The notes under the pieces are model-generated. The model had not been told where the DNA came from. It saw only the letters and a program-made list of their open reading frames with translations, and made no database searches. Source: Desulfococcus sp. (GTDB taxonomy: Bacteria > Desulfobacterota > Desulfobacteria > Desulfobacterales > Desulfosalsimonadaceae). Taken from it: a DNA stretch of 29,151 bases. Where the stretch lies: the NCBI GenBank assembly GCA_024641805.1, contig JAHECJ010000001.1:1-29151 (forward strand). Reading direction: 5' to 3'. The first letter of the stretch is position 1. Each line of letters opens with the position of its first letter. Shown in pieces: positions 19,073 to 28,018 of the stretch. A program made the position numbers and the translations under genes.

Positions 19073-19765
19073 ATGGTCATTGGGGGCATTCAAAAAACAT
19101 CACTTATTGATTTTCCTGCAAAAATCAGTTGCGTTATATTCACTGCGGGCTGTAATTTTGATTGCCCCTATTGCCATAATGCTGAACTGGTTTCCCCGCC
19201 TTTCACGACAATAATCGATCCGGAAGATATTTTTGCTTTCCTTGCAAAGCGGAAAAATCTTCTGGATGGGGTGGTCATCACCGGCGGAGAGCCGACCCTG
19301 CAACAAAATCTCCCCGAGTTTTGTGACCGGATCAAATCCTTAGGATTTCCCATAAAAATGGATACAAACGGAAGTCGACCCGATATCATTCAATCGCTGC
19401 TGGAAACCAACCGAATCGACTATATCGCCATGGACATCAAAACCCTGCCGGAAAAATATTCTCCAAGTTTCTCCAATATAATCCCGAACAAGATATATGA
19501 TAGTATCCATATCATAAAAAATTCGGGCAAAGCCCATGAATTTCGAACTACCTGCGTCAAACCGTTTGCAGACGATAATATAATTTCACAGATTTCCCGA
19601 ATAATCGAAGGGGCGGACTTGTACGTCCTGCAAAAGGCCAATATTGACAAATCCATTTTACATCCATATTTCTTTGAGAATAGGGACTGGAATTTTGACA
19701 TGGAGGAGTTGACATATTTTCAAAAAACTGCCGCTGCTTCTGTTAAAAAGGTGTCGATTCGATGA
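19073..19765 (+). CDS. nrdG: Anaerobic RNR activating enzyme (radical SAM)
   Basis: GCNFDCPYCHN CxxxCxxC motif, TGGEPTLQ, DTNGS; begins 10 nt after the nrdD stop. Confidence 0.95.
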   Translation: MVIGGIQKTSLIDFPAKISCVIFTAGCNFDCPYCHNAELVSPPFTTIIDPEDIFAFLAKRKNLLDGVVITGGEPTLQQNLPEFCDRIKSLGFPIKMDTNGSRPDIIQSLLETNRIDYIAMDIKTLPEKYSPSFSNIIPNKIYDSIHIIKNSGKAHEFRTTCVKPFADDNIISQISRIIEGADLYVLQKANIDKSILHPYFFENRDWNFDMEELTYFQKTAAASVKKVSIR

Positions 19766-20012
19766 CACTTTAGATGTTCTTTTCCCAATATCGATAGATT
19801 GAATTACACTCAATTCATCCGCGAAATCTGATCTGCTTTTACATTCTTTGACTTTTCGGTTATCCCCTACAGACTTTAAATTCTCCCATAGGTCCCAGGC
19901 TGCCAACTTTTGACTATGCCAAAACCGCGCAATATGCCCATCACAGCGAAAACGAGTTAATTTTTAGTGGACCCAACATAACGGTTGACAACTTCTACCT
20001 TCAATCGATACC

Positions 20013-20028
20013 TTGACGTAAGCGTTAA
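20013..20028. promoter_or_regulatory. Imperfect palindrome TTGACGTAAGCGTTAA, LiuR (MerR family)-like operator candidate
   Basis: 35 nt upstream of an acyl-CoA dehydrogenase; resembles the TTTACGTWAACGTAAA-type LiuR site. Confidence 0.45.
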
Positions 20029-20063
20029 CTTTAAATCACATTCTATTTCAAAGGAATATAATT

Positions 20064-21308
20064 ATGTATGATTATCTTTTATCCGAGGATTCAGAAAAAA
20101 TTCGTGAGGAAGCCCGAGACCTTGTCAAATGGGTTCCAAGACAAATGATTATTGATATGGATGCTGATAAGATTAAGTTTCCTAAGGAATTTCTTCAAGA
20201 GGCAGGTCGCCGGAATTTATTGGGATGTCGATATCCCAAGAAATGGGGCGGCAGAGATATGAATTGGGTAACGGCATCCACTGTTATTGAAGAAATCGGC
20301 ACACTCGGCTATATCTTTGCCTGCACTTTTGGCGTCGGCGCTGAACTGGTTTGTGACGCGATCATATTGCACGGAACTGACCAACAAAAAGAAAAATATG
20401 TAAAACCATTGCTAAAAGGGGATATATTTGCTGCTGAATGTTTAACGGAGCCCCGCGGCGGTTCCGATTTTTTTGGAACTACCACTACAGCGGAAGACAA
20501 AGGAGATCATTTTCTGGTTAATGGTCAAAAACGATTTATAGTCGGCGCAGAAGGCGCCGACTATTTTCTGGTATACGCTAAAACCGATCCGAACGCGCCT
20601 CAGCATAATAGCTTATCATGCCTCATCGTAGATCGAGGCCCCGGTGTGGAAACCAAATACCTGTATGGTCTGATGGGATGCCGGGGCGGCGGCGCAGGTC
20701 GTCTTGTTTTCAAAAATGTTAAAGTGCCGAAGGAAAATGTGCTCGGAAAAATCAATGGCGCTTATCCGGTGTTTAAAACCATGATGATTCCTGAACGTCT
20801 TGGAACTGCTGCAATGACGATCGGCAGTGCACGGCCAGCGCTGGAGATTGCAACAGAATATACCACCAAACGAAAAGCTTTTGGCAAAACGATCAATCAT
20901 TTTCAGGGGGTAAATTTTCAAATTGCTGAAGCCGCCATGCTGCTTGATGCATGCCGTTCCATGATTTATACAACCTCATGCGCAGTGGATAATAATGCTG
21001 ATTCAAAGACGGTGCGACGAATGGTCTCCGAATCCAAAAAATTTGTCACGGAAGCATGCCAGAAAGTGGCTCACAATTCAATGCAGGTCATGGGTGGCAT
21101 CGGTTATACCAACGTTTATCCTATTGAGAGGATCGTTCGGGATCTTCGTCTGGCGACTATCTGGACGGGCAGCAATGAAGTCATGTCAATGATTATTGCC
21201 AACGAATGGTACCAGGAGCATTTCAGAAATAAACAAACCACTTCGCTTCGAAATTATGAAAATGACGCACTTGAATCGGATGCACCGGATGAAAAAATTT
21301 TTGAATAA
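20064..21308 (+). CDS. Acyl-CoA dehydrogenase family protein
   Basis: CLTEPRGGSD, VNGQKRFI, FQGVNFQIAE, QVMGGIGY and IWTGSNEV motifs; AAGGA SD. Confidence 0.96.
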   Translation: MYDYLLSEDSEKIREEARDLVKWVPRQMIIDMDADKIKFPKEFLQEAGRRNLLGCRYPKKWGGRDMNWVTASTVIEEIGTLGYIFACTFGVGAELVCDAIILHGTDQQKEKYVKPLLKGDIFAAECLTEPRGGSDFFGTTTTAEDKGDHFLVNGQKRFIVGAEGADYFLVYAKTDPNAPQHNSLSCLIVDRGPGVETKYLYGLMGCRGGGAGRLVFKNVKVPKENVLGKINGAYPVFKTMMIPERLGTAAMTIGSARPALEIATEYTTKRKAFGKTINHFQGVNFQIAEAAMLLDACRSMIYTTSCAVDNNADSKTVRRMVSESKKFVTEACQKVAHNSMQVMGGIGYTNVYPIERIVRDLRLATIWTGSNEVMSMIIANEWYQEHFRNKQTTSLRNYENDALESDAPDEKIFE

Positions 21309-21425
21309 TTTTCTTTCTTCTGATACAAACTTTCTTTCTAAAATTATTTGGCCAACAAAAACAGGACCCGGCTATTTTAGAGTTACCAGCATAATTATTG
21401 GATTCAGCAGAAAGGGATCAGAGTT

Positions 21426-21626
21426 TTGGAAAACTTAGTCACCCTCATTAAAATCATCGCAGTATTTTTGGCATCTATTATTCTTGGAAGCTGGTTTACC
21501 ACAGAAGTAAAAAAGAGCAGACTCAAAGGCGAGCCTGCATATAAACCCTATTTATCCCCGCCGGGGATAATTATAACGCTTTTGATAGTGCTCCTGCCGA
21601 TTATCGCCTGGTTGTTAAAGCATTAA
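21426..21626 (+). CDS. Small two-TM hypothetical membrane protein (66 aa)
   Basis: TTG start after AAGGGA; TM - basic/Pro linker (KKSRLKGEPAYKPYLSPPG) - TM architecture. Confidence 0.65.
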   Translation: MENLVTLIKIIAVFLASIILGSWFTTEVKKSRLKGEPAYKPYLSPPGIIITLLIVLLPIIAWLLKH

Positions 21627-21727
21627 TCTGAGAACACCCTCAACCGGTTATTTTGCAGAAACAGCAATGAAGAAAAAATCCCATTAAAGCAAAAATTTTT
21701 CCCGGACTATAATATAATAGGAGTTTT

Positions 21728-21911
21728 TGAACAATCATCAGGAATTTTTTTTCGAAGGATTGTTCATTGAGAGGCGTTTTTAGACTTCTTAAGAGGGGAA
21801 AACCTGAAAAACTCAGCGAAAGCCCCATATTTGAACGATTTCAAAAAACACATCCACTTGGGCTCAGGGGTAGGCGATCGCGCAATACCGGGGCTTTCTG
21901 AAAGCCCTCTT
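21728..21911. repeat. Nested inverted and direct repeats in the gap between convergent genes
   Basis: TGAACAATC (21728-36) pairs with GATTGTTCA (21758-66); AAGAGGG (21791-97) with CCCTCTT (21905-11); GAAAGCCCC (21818-26) with GGGGCTTTC (21890-98); a second GAAAGCCC lies at 21900-07. Confidence 0.7.
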
Positions 21912-21996
21912 TGAGGCGAAAATCAATTTTTTTCTGATTAAAAAACAATTAAATCATGAAATTCAAATTTTAAATTCAACTCATTCGAAGCAAAAA

Positions 21997-22347
21997 TTAT
22001 TCTTTATGTTGCCCTTCTTTTTTCAGTAGTTCGTTGTACCAGCATGCAAAATCAAACATCCCCTGATATTTTTCATTGTCATTGATAATGCCTAAACAGA
22101 TTTCAAAAGCACCGCGGCCATATTCATTGCTATAATCGTTTGAATCCAAACTCTGAAAAAATTCTCGTATCAGCATTTGAGAGGTTCGTTTGGTTTTGTC
22201 CTGACGGATATCAATTGGATCCTTGGGTTCCTGAAACGGGTCCCACTTCTCATACCCTTTTTTAAGGATCTGCTTCTGACGTCTTTCGGACATACTGTCA
22301 AAAATTGCCTTTTTCCGGTCAGCTTCATCTTTTGTGGAATCAGTCAT
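21997..22347 (-). CDS. Hypothetical protein (116 aa)
   Basis: ATG 22347 with GGGAG SD; KGYEKWDPFQEPKDPIDIR and ACWY segments look protein-like; apparently co-transcribed with the upstream Cys-cluster gene. Confidence 0.8.
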   Translation of the reverse strand: MTDSTKDEADRKKAIFDSMSERRQKQILKKGYEKWDPFQEPKDPIDIRQDKTKRTSQMLIREFFQSLDSNDYSNEYGRGAFEICLGIINDNEKYQGMFDFACWYNELLKKEGQHKE

Positions 22348-22360
22348 TTTCTCTCCCTGT

Positions 22361-23035
22361 CTATCGGTTTTTTTCATCTTTTTCTTCCGAGGAAATCCCC
22401 ATGTACTCCTCGTTATAATCTGTAATCAGAGCCATCGACAGAGGAACAAGAACTTCCGCCATCCGAATATGCTTTGACCGGAGCGCTTGCACCAACTCGG
22501 AAGAGATAGCTATCAATTGATCATGAAGAATGTCATGGTTCAATGTCGGATAACTGGCTCCTGGCTTAAATCCGGACAAACCGCACGTTCGCCCTTTTCC
22601 GCCAATCGCTTGCGGAATACCATAAACACGGCAAGCTATTGGCCGAAACGAATACATTTCACATAGATTTTCCCCTCCCAGCATCGCACAACGGATTCTC
22701 TGCTGACCGACGTCTTCGATGATAGCGTCTTCCTTTTTGCCTGCCTGCAAGGATTTATATGCTTCTTTTTTAATTTTATATATCTTTCGGTCCGTCTTAT
22801 TGGCTTTTTCCAGAAGGTCGGATTTTTCTTTTCCATTAAACATTTCATTAAAACGATAATTTACGTACAGTGCTTCAATCAGGGTAAGATCAAACATGGC
22901 ATGACAGCAATCCGCGCAGCCTTCTTTGCAGTTCACTTCTTCAGGATACTTCTTTTTTACCTGCTCAAAGACACTTTCCGCTTTTGAAACCAACGCTTCA
23001 TATTTTTTAAAATATGGCATCAAATCAATTTTCAT
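22361..23035 (-). CDS. YkgJ / CxxCxxCC-family putative Zn or Fe-S cluster protein
   Basis: CKEGCADCC, RCAML...CEMYSFRPIACRVYG and TCGLSGF Cys motifs; GGAGG SD before ATG 23035. Confidence 0.88.
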   Translation of the reverse strand: MKIDLMPYFKKYEALVSKAESVFEQVKKKYPEEVNCKEGCADCCHAMFDLTLIEALYVNYRFNEMFNGKEKSDLLEKANKTDRKIYKIKKEAYKSLQAGKKEDAIIEDVGQQRIRCAMLGGENLCEMYSFRPIACRVYGIPQAIGGKGRTCGLSGFKPGASYPTLNHDILHDQLIAISSELVQALRSKHIRMAEVLVPLSMALITDYNEEYMGISSEEKDEKNR

Positions 23036-23134
23036 ATGACAAAAACCTCCAAACCAGTAAAGGTCACGGCACCTGGCCATGATAAAATTTTATCAGCTAT
23101 GAACTGCTGTTTTAACTTCATGGAGCAGCCAAAC

Positions 23135-23150
23135 TGTTTCACGTGAAACA
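23135..23150. other. parS: parS centromere site (perfect)
   Basis: TGTTTCACGTGAAACA is an exact match to the canonical 16-bp parS palindrome, 15 nt after the mnmE stop. Confidence 0.93.
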
Positions 23151-23165
23151 ATTTGAATTCCAAAA

Positions 23166-24581
23166 TCATTTTCCAATGCAAAACCGATTAAAAATATTAT
23201 CCAGTATATCCGGTTTTACGTTTTCTCCTGTAATTTCAAGTAATGCAGTCAATGCCAGCTTTAAATCAATTGAAACCAATTCATACGGCTGGGATTTAAC
23301 AAATCCATCCTTGGCTGTTGTTAAGGAAAGCATGGCTGTTTCCAAACAAATTTTGTGCCGCAAATTTGGAACGATTTTATCCTTAACATCACAGGTAGAG
23401 TTAAAAGCCTTTTCCACAAGAAACTTCTTTAGCTTATCAATATCCTGGTTATACAGCGCGGATATTCGAACACTTTCGATGTGGCGCCAATCCTTGGGCA
23501 ATGCAAAACGGATCTGATCCGGCGGCAAATCAATTTTATTGATCACTAAAATTATTTTTTTATTACCAAGTTTTTTAAGAGTACAAAGGTCGTTGGCGGA
23601 AACAGTATTACCGGCATCTACCGTATACAGGATGATGTCCGCGCCGGAAATATATTTCCACGCTTTTTCAATACCGATCTGCTCAACAGGATCAACCGTA
23701 TCATGTATTCCGGCAGTGTCTGCTAAAACAATGGGAACGCCGTTGGCAATAAAAGAATCTTCGATGAAATCCCGGGTTGTACCAGGGATATCGGTGACAA
23801 TCGATCGGTCTTTCTCTATCAATTTATTCATCAAACTGGATTTACCGACATTGGGACCACCGACGATGACAATCTTCAGTCCTTCGCGCAAAAAACTCTG
23901 ATTATCGCAACAATCAATCAGTTTAATAATTTTTACAATAAGCTCTTCTTCTAATCGGGAGGCGAGAATTGACACATCAATCTCGTCGCCAATTTCATCA
24001 GGAAAATCGATGGCAGCTTCTACATAAGACAGAATATCCAGTAAAGAAGCGCGAAGGGATTGAATCTGAAGGTTAAATTCCCCGGAAATCTGGGCCATGG
24101 CCATCCCAATCGCTTTTTCGGATCGGGCATTTATAATATCAGCTACCGCCTCTGCCTGCGTCAGGTCGATCCGGCCATTTAAAAAAGCACGGCGTGTAAA
24201 CTCGCCAGGACCTGCCAGAAGAACTCCCTTTTCGATCAACAACCTGAGAATTGATTTCATTACGACGGGACCGGCATGCGATTGGATTTCAACTACATCT
24301 TCAGCCGTGTAGGAGAAGGGGGCCCGCATAACCACTAATAAGACTTCGTCAATTATGCAACCTGAAGATCGGTCGACGATATGACCGAAATAAAAATAAC
24401 GCGATTCCGGAGAAAAAGAATGGAACGGTTTTTCCGTAATATTATTCTGATGCTTAAGTGATTCTTTCGGACAAAAAATAGACAGGGCAATATTGATAGA
24501 ATCCGGGCCTGAAATTTTAATAATTCCAACGCCACCGTGTCCGGGAGGAGTTGAAATTGCTGCAATTGTTGTAACTTCCAT
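23166..24581 (-). CDS. mnmE: tRNA modification GTPase MnmE (TrmE)
   Basis: TIAAISTPPG, GEFTRRAFLNGRIDL, GGPNVGKSS, GTTRD, DTAG, NKID and C-terminal FCIGK motifs. Confidence 0.98.
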   Translation of the reverse strand: MEVTTIAAISTPPGHGGVGIIKISGPDSINIALSIFCPKESLKHQNNITEKPFHSFSPESRYFYFGHIVDRSSGCIIDEVLLVVMRAPFSYTAEDVVEIQSHAGPVVMKSILRLLIEKGVLLAGPGEFTRRAFLNGRIDLTQAEAVADIINARSEKAIGMAMAQISGEFNLQIQSLRASLLDILSYVEAAIDFPDEIGDEIDVSILASRLEEELIVKIIKLIDCCDNQSFLREGLKIVIVGGPNVGKSSLMNKLIEKDRSIVTDIPGTTRDFIEDSFIANGVPIVLADTAGIHDTVDPVEQIGIEKAWKYISGADIILYTVDAGNTVSANDLCTLKKLGNKKIILVINKIDLPPDQIRFALPKDWRHIESVRISALYNQDIDKLKKFLVEKAFNSTCDVKDKIVPNLRHKICLETAMLSLTTAKDGFVKSQPYELVSIDLKLALTALLEITGENVKPDILDNIFNRFCIGK

Positions 24582-24643
24582 AATCTATTCAGCCTGCTGC
24601 CCGTTTCACCGCATAACGCAAGAACAGTAAAAAAGTTTTCCGT

Positions 24644-25627
24644 TCACTCTTTGGATTGAGGTTGTTCGGTTTTTTTCTGAACCTTGTTTTTCGGAAATAT
24701 AATCAGTTTTCTATAATAGCCGTCACCCACGCTCTGAGTTCTCACAGACCTGTTTCGTTTAAGCGCCACATGAACAATCCGCCTATCATGAGCGTTCATT
24801 CTCGTCATTGTCGAAGGCTTCCCTGTTTTTATAACTTTACTGGCGAGACGCGATGCGAGATCTTTCAATTCCGTTTTGCGGGATTCAACATATCCTTCTA
24901 CGTCGAAAATGACGCGATTTCCTTTACCGCACTGCTTACTGACGACCTTATCCACCAAGTATTGAATAGCTTCCAGCATCTGCCCCCTTTTCCCAATCAA
25001 TATACCTGGTTCACCGACCTTGACATTGATTATGCATTGGTCAGAATCGCTACTCACAGACATCTCCGCATCTATGGACAAGGTCTCGAAAATTTTCTGG
25101 GCCAACTCCCGGGCGGCCGCCATAGCCACTTCATTATCTATTTTTTCGGGCGGTTCACCGACTGAAGGCGTCTCTGCTTTTGTTTCGACCTTTTCCTTTT
25201 TCTCCACTTTCGGCGTCTTTATGGCTTTGGCGCGCTTTTCTGTCTTTTCAATTTTTTTGGGTTTCCTGGATTTTTTTTCCGGTACAGGTAGCGGGGCATC
25301 GACAGGACCTGGCTCAATTATTTCACCAAAGGCTTCGTCAACAAGCGCACTGACAGTCTCCCTGTCCGTTTGGGAGATAGTTGAATTCGATGTAGCGTCA
25401 TCCAAACCGGTATCAGAAGAATCTTTAGATGTGGATTGGACGCCCTGCAAATCGGGAACAAAAACACGTATTAAGGCTTTTTTAGCTCCGACCAATCCGA
25501 AAATACCGCTGGAACCATGAGAAATAATGTCATACTTTAATTTTTCACGTGAAACATTGAGATCCTCACACGCTTTTTGAACTGCTTTCTCAACGTTTTT
25601 TTCCTCAAAGTCTAAAAAAGACTTCAT
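24644..25627 (-). CDS. jag: Jag/KhpB (EloR) RNA-binding protein with Jag_N, KH and R3H domains
   Basis: FEEKNVEKAV Jag_N, LIGKRGQMLEAIQYL KH and RRIVHVAL R3H motifs, with a long acidic/Lys/Pro-rich linker; lies between yidC and mnmE. Confidence 0.93.
   Translation of the reverse strand: MKSFLDFEEKNVEKAVQKACEDLNVSREKLKYDIISHGSSGIFGLVGAKKALIRVFVPDLQGVQSTSKDSSDTGLDDATSNSTISQTDRETVSALVDEAFGEIIEPGPVDAPLPVPEKKSRKPKKIEKTEKRAKAIKTPKVEKKEKVETKAETPSVGEPPEKIDNEVAMAAARELAQKIFETLSIDAEMSVSSDSDQCIINVKVGEPGILIGKRGQMLEAIQYLVDKVVSKQCGKGNRVIFDVEGYVESRKTELKDLASRLASKVIKTGKPSTMTRMNAHDRRIVHVALKRNRSVRTQSVGDGYYRKLIIFPKNKVQKKTEQPQSKE
25541..25556. other. parS: Second parS site (15/16 match), inside the jag coding sequence
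   Basis: TTTTTCACGTGAAACA, one mismatch to TGTTTCACGTGAAACA, 2.4 kb from the perfect site. Confidence 0.75.
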
Positions 25628-25641
25628 GTAAATCCTCCGTA

Positions 25642-27312
25642 CTAAACAGTTTTTTTAGTAATATAATACTGTTGGGAAATCGACAGGACATTATTGACAA
25701 GCCAGTAAAGCACAAGCCCTGCAGGAAAATTAATAAAAATAAAAGTAAAAATAAGAGGCATCATCATCATAAACTTTGCCTGGGAGGGATCTCCCGGCGG
25801 TGGTGATAATTTCTGCTGCAAAAACATCGTCGCGCCCATAATAATTGTTAGAACCGGGATTCCGCAAGGGGGCGTCATCATGGGAATTGCGAAGTCAAAC
25901 CTAAAAAGACGGTCCGGAGCCGAAAGATCATTGATCCACCACAGAAACGGGGCATGACGAAGTTCAATCGCACCGTACAACATTCGATAAAACGCAAAGA
26001 ATACAGGTATTTGAACAACCATTGGAAGGCAGCCGCTCATAGGATTGACTTTGTAAGTCTTGTAGAGGCCCATGATTTCTTCATTCATTTTCTTCTTATC
26101 ATCTTTATATTTCTGCCTGATATCCGTCATCAAAGGCTGAAGCCGTTTCATTTCCGCCATCGATTTATAACTTTTAGTCCCCAAAGGCCAGAAAATCAGT
26201 TTAAAAAGGATGGTCAGCAAAATAATCGCAATCCCGTAATTTGCTATCAGGTGATCGTGGACGAAGTTCATTAGCCACAGGCAGGGTTTCGCGATGATGT
26301 CAAAAAATCCGAAATCGATCGCTTTTTCCAGATTTGAGCCAATGGCTTTTAAAACAGACATTCGCTTGGGTCCCAAATACAGAGAATAATTAAACATCTC
26401 GGTGGCTCCAGACAAAATCGGTTTCCCCGGCTGAACATAATCGACTTCGAGAAGATTATCGCCTTTTTTGTAATTTAATAGAGCCGTGGTAGAAGAAGAT
26501 ATTTCCGGAATTATGGCACTCATAAAATAATGATCGCCCATTCCCGCCCATTCGATTTTTCCTGAAATCGTATTTTTTTTCTCTATTTCTTTGACTTTAA
26601 TTTCCTGTAATTTACTGTCAACAAAGGCAAAAGGACCTTCAAAGAGAAACTGCTGCCCGTCGTTCGGCCCGGAATTGACCAATGAAACAGTCAAATTCGC
26701 GTCAAAAGGGCGGGAGGAGTTATTTGTCAATATGACGTTCATTTTGATTTTATAAGTGTCCGGATAAAAAGAAATCCGCTTTTCAATCAACACGCCTTCA
26801 GCCGACTGCCAGAAAAAAGAAATCGATTTGGAAGCGTCCCGAACGTCCAGGGTTTTTCCAGAAAAATCAGTTGTGAAGACAGCGTCTGCAATTTGAGGTA
26901 TGGCGTTATCTGTGAAATTTAAAAGAACCGTCCCGGATTTGTTATTTGCAGATATCAAGTCTTTATCCGCGGAATTTGCATCCACGGTTTCCCTGTAATC
27001 AGTCAGAACAAAACTGACGATTGCTGCCCCTTTTTCTGAAATTTTTGCCGAGTACAGGGGGGTCTTAATGATCAAAGAATTAAAAAACACACCGGGCGTA
27101 GCAACCCTTTCCAGGCTATCATTTGTCGCGTTTTCGATCGGCGCGATGACGTTTTCTTTTAAGTCTTTACTGACATTTGGTTCGGAAGGCACAACATTTT
27201 TTTCTGAGGTTACAGGCGGCACCACCTCCTGTTTTCCAACAAAAAGAAACTCCCAGCCGACAAACACCAGAAAAGAAAGTACTATTGCCAAAAACAAACG
27301 GCCTTGTTCCAT
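25642..27312 (-). CDS. yidC: Membrane protein insertase YidC
   Basis: N-terminal TM, periplasmic domain, NYGIAIILLT, GCLPMVVQIPVF, WINDLSAPD and GLVLYW motifs; ATG 27312 with AGGAG SD. Confidence 0.98.
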   Translation of the reverse strand: MEQGRLFLAIVLSFLVFVGWEFLFVGKQEVVPPVTSEKNVVPSEPNVSKDLKENVIAPIENATNDSLERVATPGVFFNSLIIKTPLYSAKISEKGAAIVSFVLTDYRETVDANSADKDLISANNKSGTVLLNFTDNAIPQIADAVFTTDFSGKTLDVRDASKSISFFWQSAEGVLIEKRISFYPDTYKIKMNVILTNNSSRPFDANLTVSLVNSGPNDGQQFLFEGPFAFVDSKLQEIKVKEIEKKNTISGKIEWAGMGDHYFMSAIIPEISSSTTALLNYKKGDNLLEVDYVQPGKPILSGATEMFNYSLYLGPKRMSVLKAIGSNLEKAIDFGFFDIIAKPCLWLMNFVHDHLIANYGIAIILLTILFKLIFWPLGTKSYKSMAEMKRLQPLMTDIRQKYKDDKKKMNEEIMGLYKTYKVNPMSGCLPMVVQIPVFFAFYRMLYGAIELRHAPFLWWINDLSAPDRLFRFDFAIPMMTPPCGIPVLTIIMGATMFLQQKLSPPPGDPSQAKFMMMMPLIFTFIFINFPAGLVLYWLVNNVLSISQQYYITKKTV

Positions 27313-27337
27313 CTTCAACTCCTGAATATTATATAAT

Positions 27338-27358
27338 TAATTGAATCAGATTCAATTA
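27338..27358. repeat. Perfect 10-bp-arm palindrome TAATTGAATC-A-GATTCAATTA upstream of yidC
   Basis: Directly visible, about 25 nt upstream of the yidC start; function unknown. Confidence 0.6.
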
Positions 27359-27804
27359 GACCACGCCGATCAAATTCGGTTAGAATCAAACGTTTCATAA
27401 ACAATAAAGATTCTCTTTGCGTTCAATGAATTTCAGCAGGACTGGCATAAGGAAGGTGTATGATGTTACGTTGAAAAATTATCAGGGCTTGATTCTTACA
27501 TGAATCGAAATCGTATCCAACATATAAATATATATAGCATTACATGGTATTGAGAATACAATCTGATTTTTATAAAAACCTGAACCATTGCAAAAACATA
27601 ACAGATAAAACACTCATAGGATTTAAAATTTCCAATGAGTCTTTTCCCCGATAGCGGCTTTCACAGGTTACCGCGCTTCTAATTACACAAAAACCTTCTT
27701 TGGATCTACAGATCTTAAAGCAAGTAAAAAATCCTTCTCAAGGCGGAGCGACTAAATTCTTCGGAATCAGGAGAAGGAACGATGTCTCCAAAAGATAAAA
27801 ACCG

Positions 27805-28014
27805 CTATGGAACAGGATCAAAGCCGCCAGGATGAAAGGGGTGGCATCTGAATATGCGCCTTATCGCCAAATATCCACCTTTTATTGCCCCATACCGAAG
27901 AACCGCTTCCATCGCGTATTCAGAGCATGACGGATAGAAACGGCATGCCGGTCCTAAAACAGGAGATAAAACTGTCTGGTAAACTCTTATTAACAATATT
28001 ATCAAGTGCTTAAT
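27805..28014 (-). CDS. yidD: Membrane protein insertion efficiency factor YidD; start codon ambiguous (ATT 28014, TTG 28005 or out-of-frame ATG 28022)
   Basis: [29 protein letters not shown] motifs; between rnpA and yidC. Confidence 0.9.
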   Translation of the reverse strand: MKHLIILLIRVYQTVLSPVLGPACRFYPSCSEYAMEAVLRYGAIKGGYLAIRRIFRCHPFHPGGFDPVP

Positions 28015-28018
28015 TGTT

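Noticed and set aside
19658-19906. Minus-strand 82-aa ORF in the nrdG to acyl-CoA dehydrogenase gap
   Set aside because: It overlaps nrdG antisense, has a TTG start without SD and shows no recognisable motif.
21791-21911. 6S RNA call for the structured element (contains CCCCTGAGCC on the minus strand)
   Set aside because: It lacks the symmetric central bubble and 3' motifs of 6S RNA; kept only as an unclassified structured element.
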